The position numbers were made by a program, and so were the translations under genes. Positions 45,967-45,971 of a stretch of DNA of 45,971 nucleotides are shown here, piece by piece (the first letter of the stretch is position 1; each line of letters starts with the position of its first letter). The stretch is taken from positions 1-45,971 of IMG/VR virus record IMGVR_UViG_3300008251_000010; one strand, 5' to 3'. The notes under the pieces are model-generated. The model was not told the DNA's origin, did not search any database, and saw only the letters and a list, made by a program, of their open reading frames with translations. Origin of the DNA: a virus (Duplodnaviria > Caudoviricetes).

Positions 45967-45971
45967 CTAAT

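Noticed and set aside
1-45971. tRNA or rRNA genes
   Set aside because: No cloverleaf or T-loop signature or rRNA-like segment was recognised by eye; a tRNAscan run would be needed to exclude them.

Overview
The window looks like an almost complete ~46 kb temperate, short-tailed (podovirus-like) phage of an AT-rich host, probably a marine gammaproteobacterium (host is inference). It also carries plasmid-maintenance functions, so it may be a phage-plasmid. The minus strand from ~9.8 to 39.9 kb holds the late module: Q-like antiterminator, lysis genes, TerS/TerL, portal, scaffold, N4-gp56-type capsid, tail proteins, GNAT, ejection proteins and a 2745-aa polyvalent protein. Other parts are a serine resolvase, a ParA plus small partner with palindromic parS-like sites, a putative HTH replication initiator with an origin-like region, a repressor-like gene, a multi-domain anti-defence sponge-like gene and a tyrosine integrase. 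The most unusual part is 2.1-5.3 kb. Two parallel cassettes each consist of an unannotated Gly-rich micro-peptide ending TKKD, a multi-pass membrane protein and a small partner gene, and they flank a CI-like repressor. This is a candidate peptide-signalling or sensing system. Several dispersed exact DNA motifs were also found: three REP-like hairpins, a 15-bp palindrome x3, a 16-bp operator-like motif x3, parS-like sites inside the giant gene, and a 15-nt match that could let the late leader RNA pair with a cassette RBS. All family assignments come from motif recognition by eye, not database searches.
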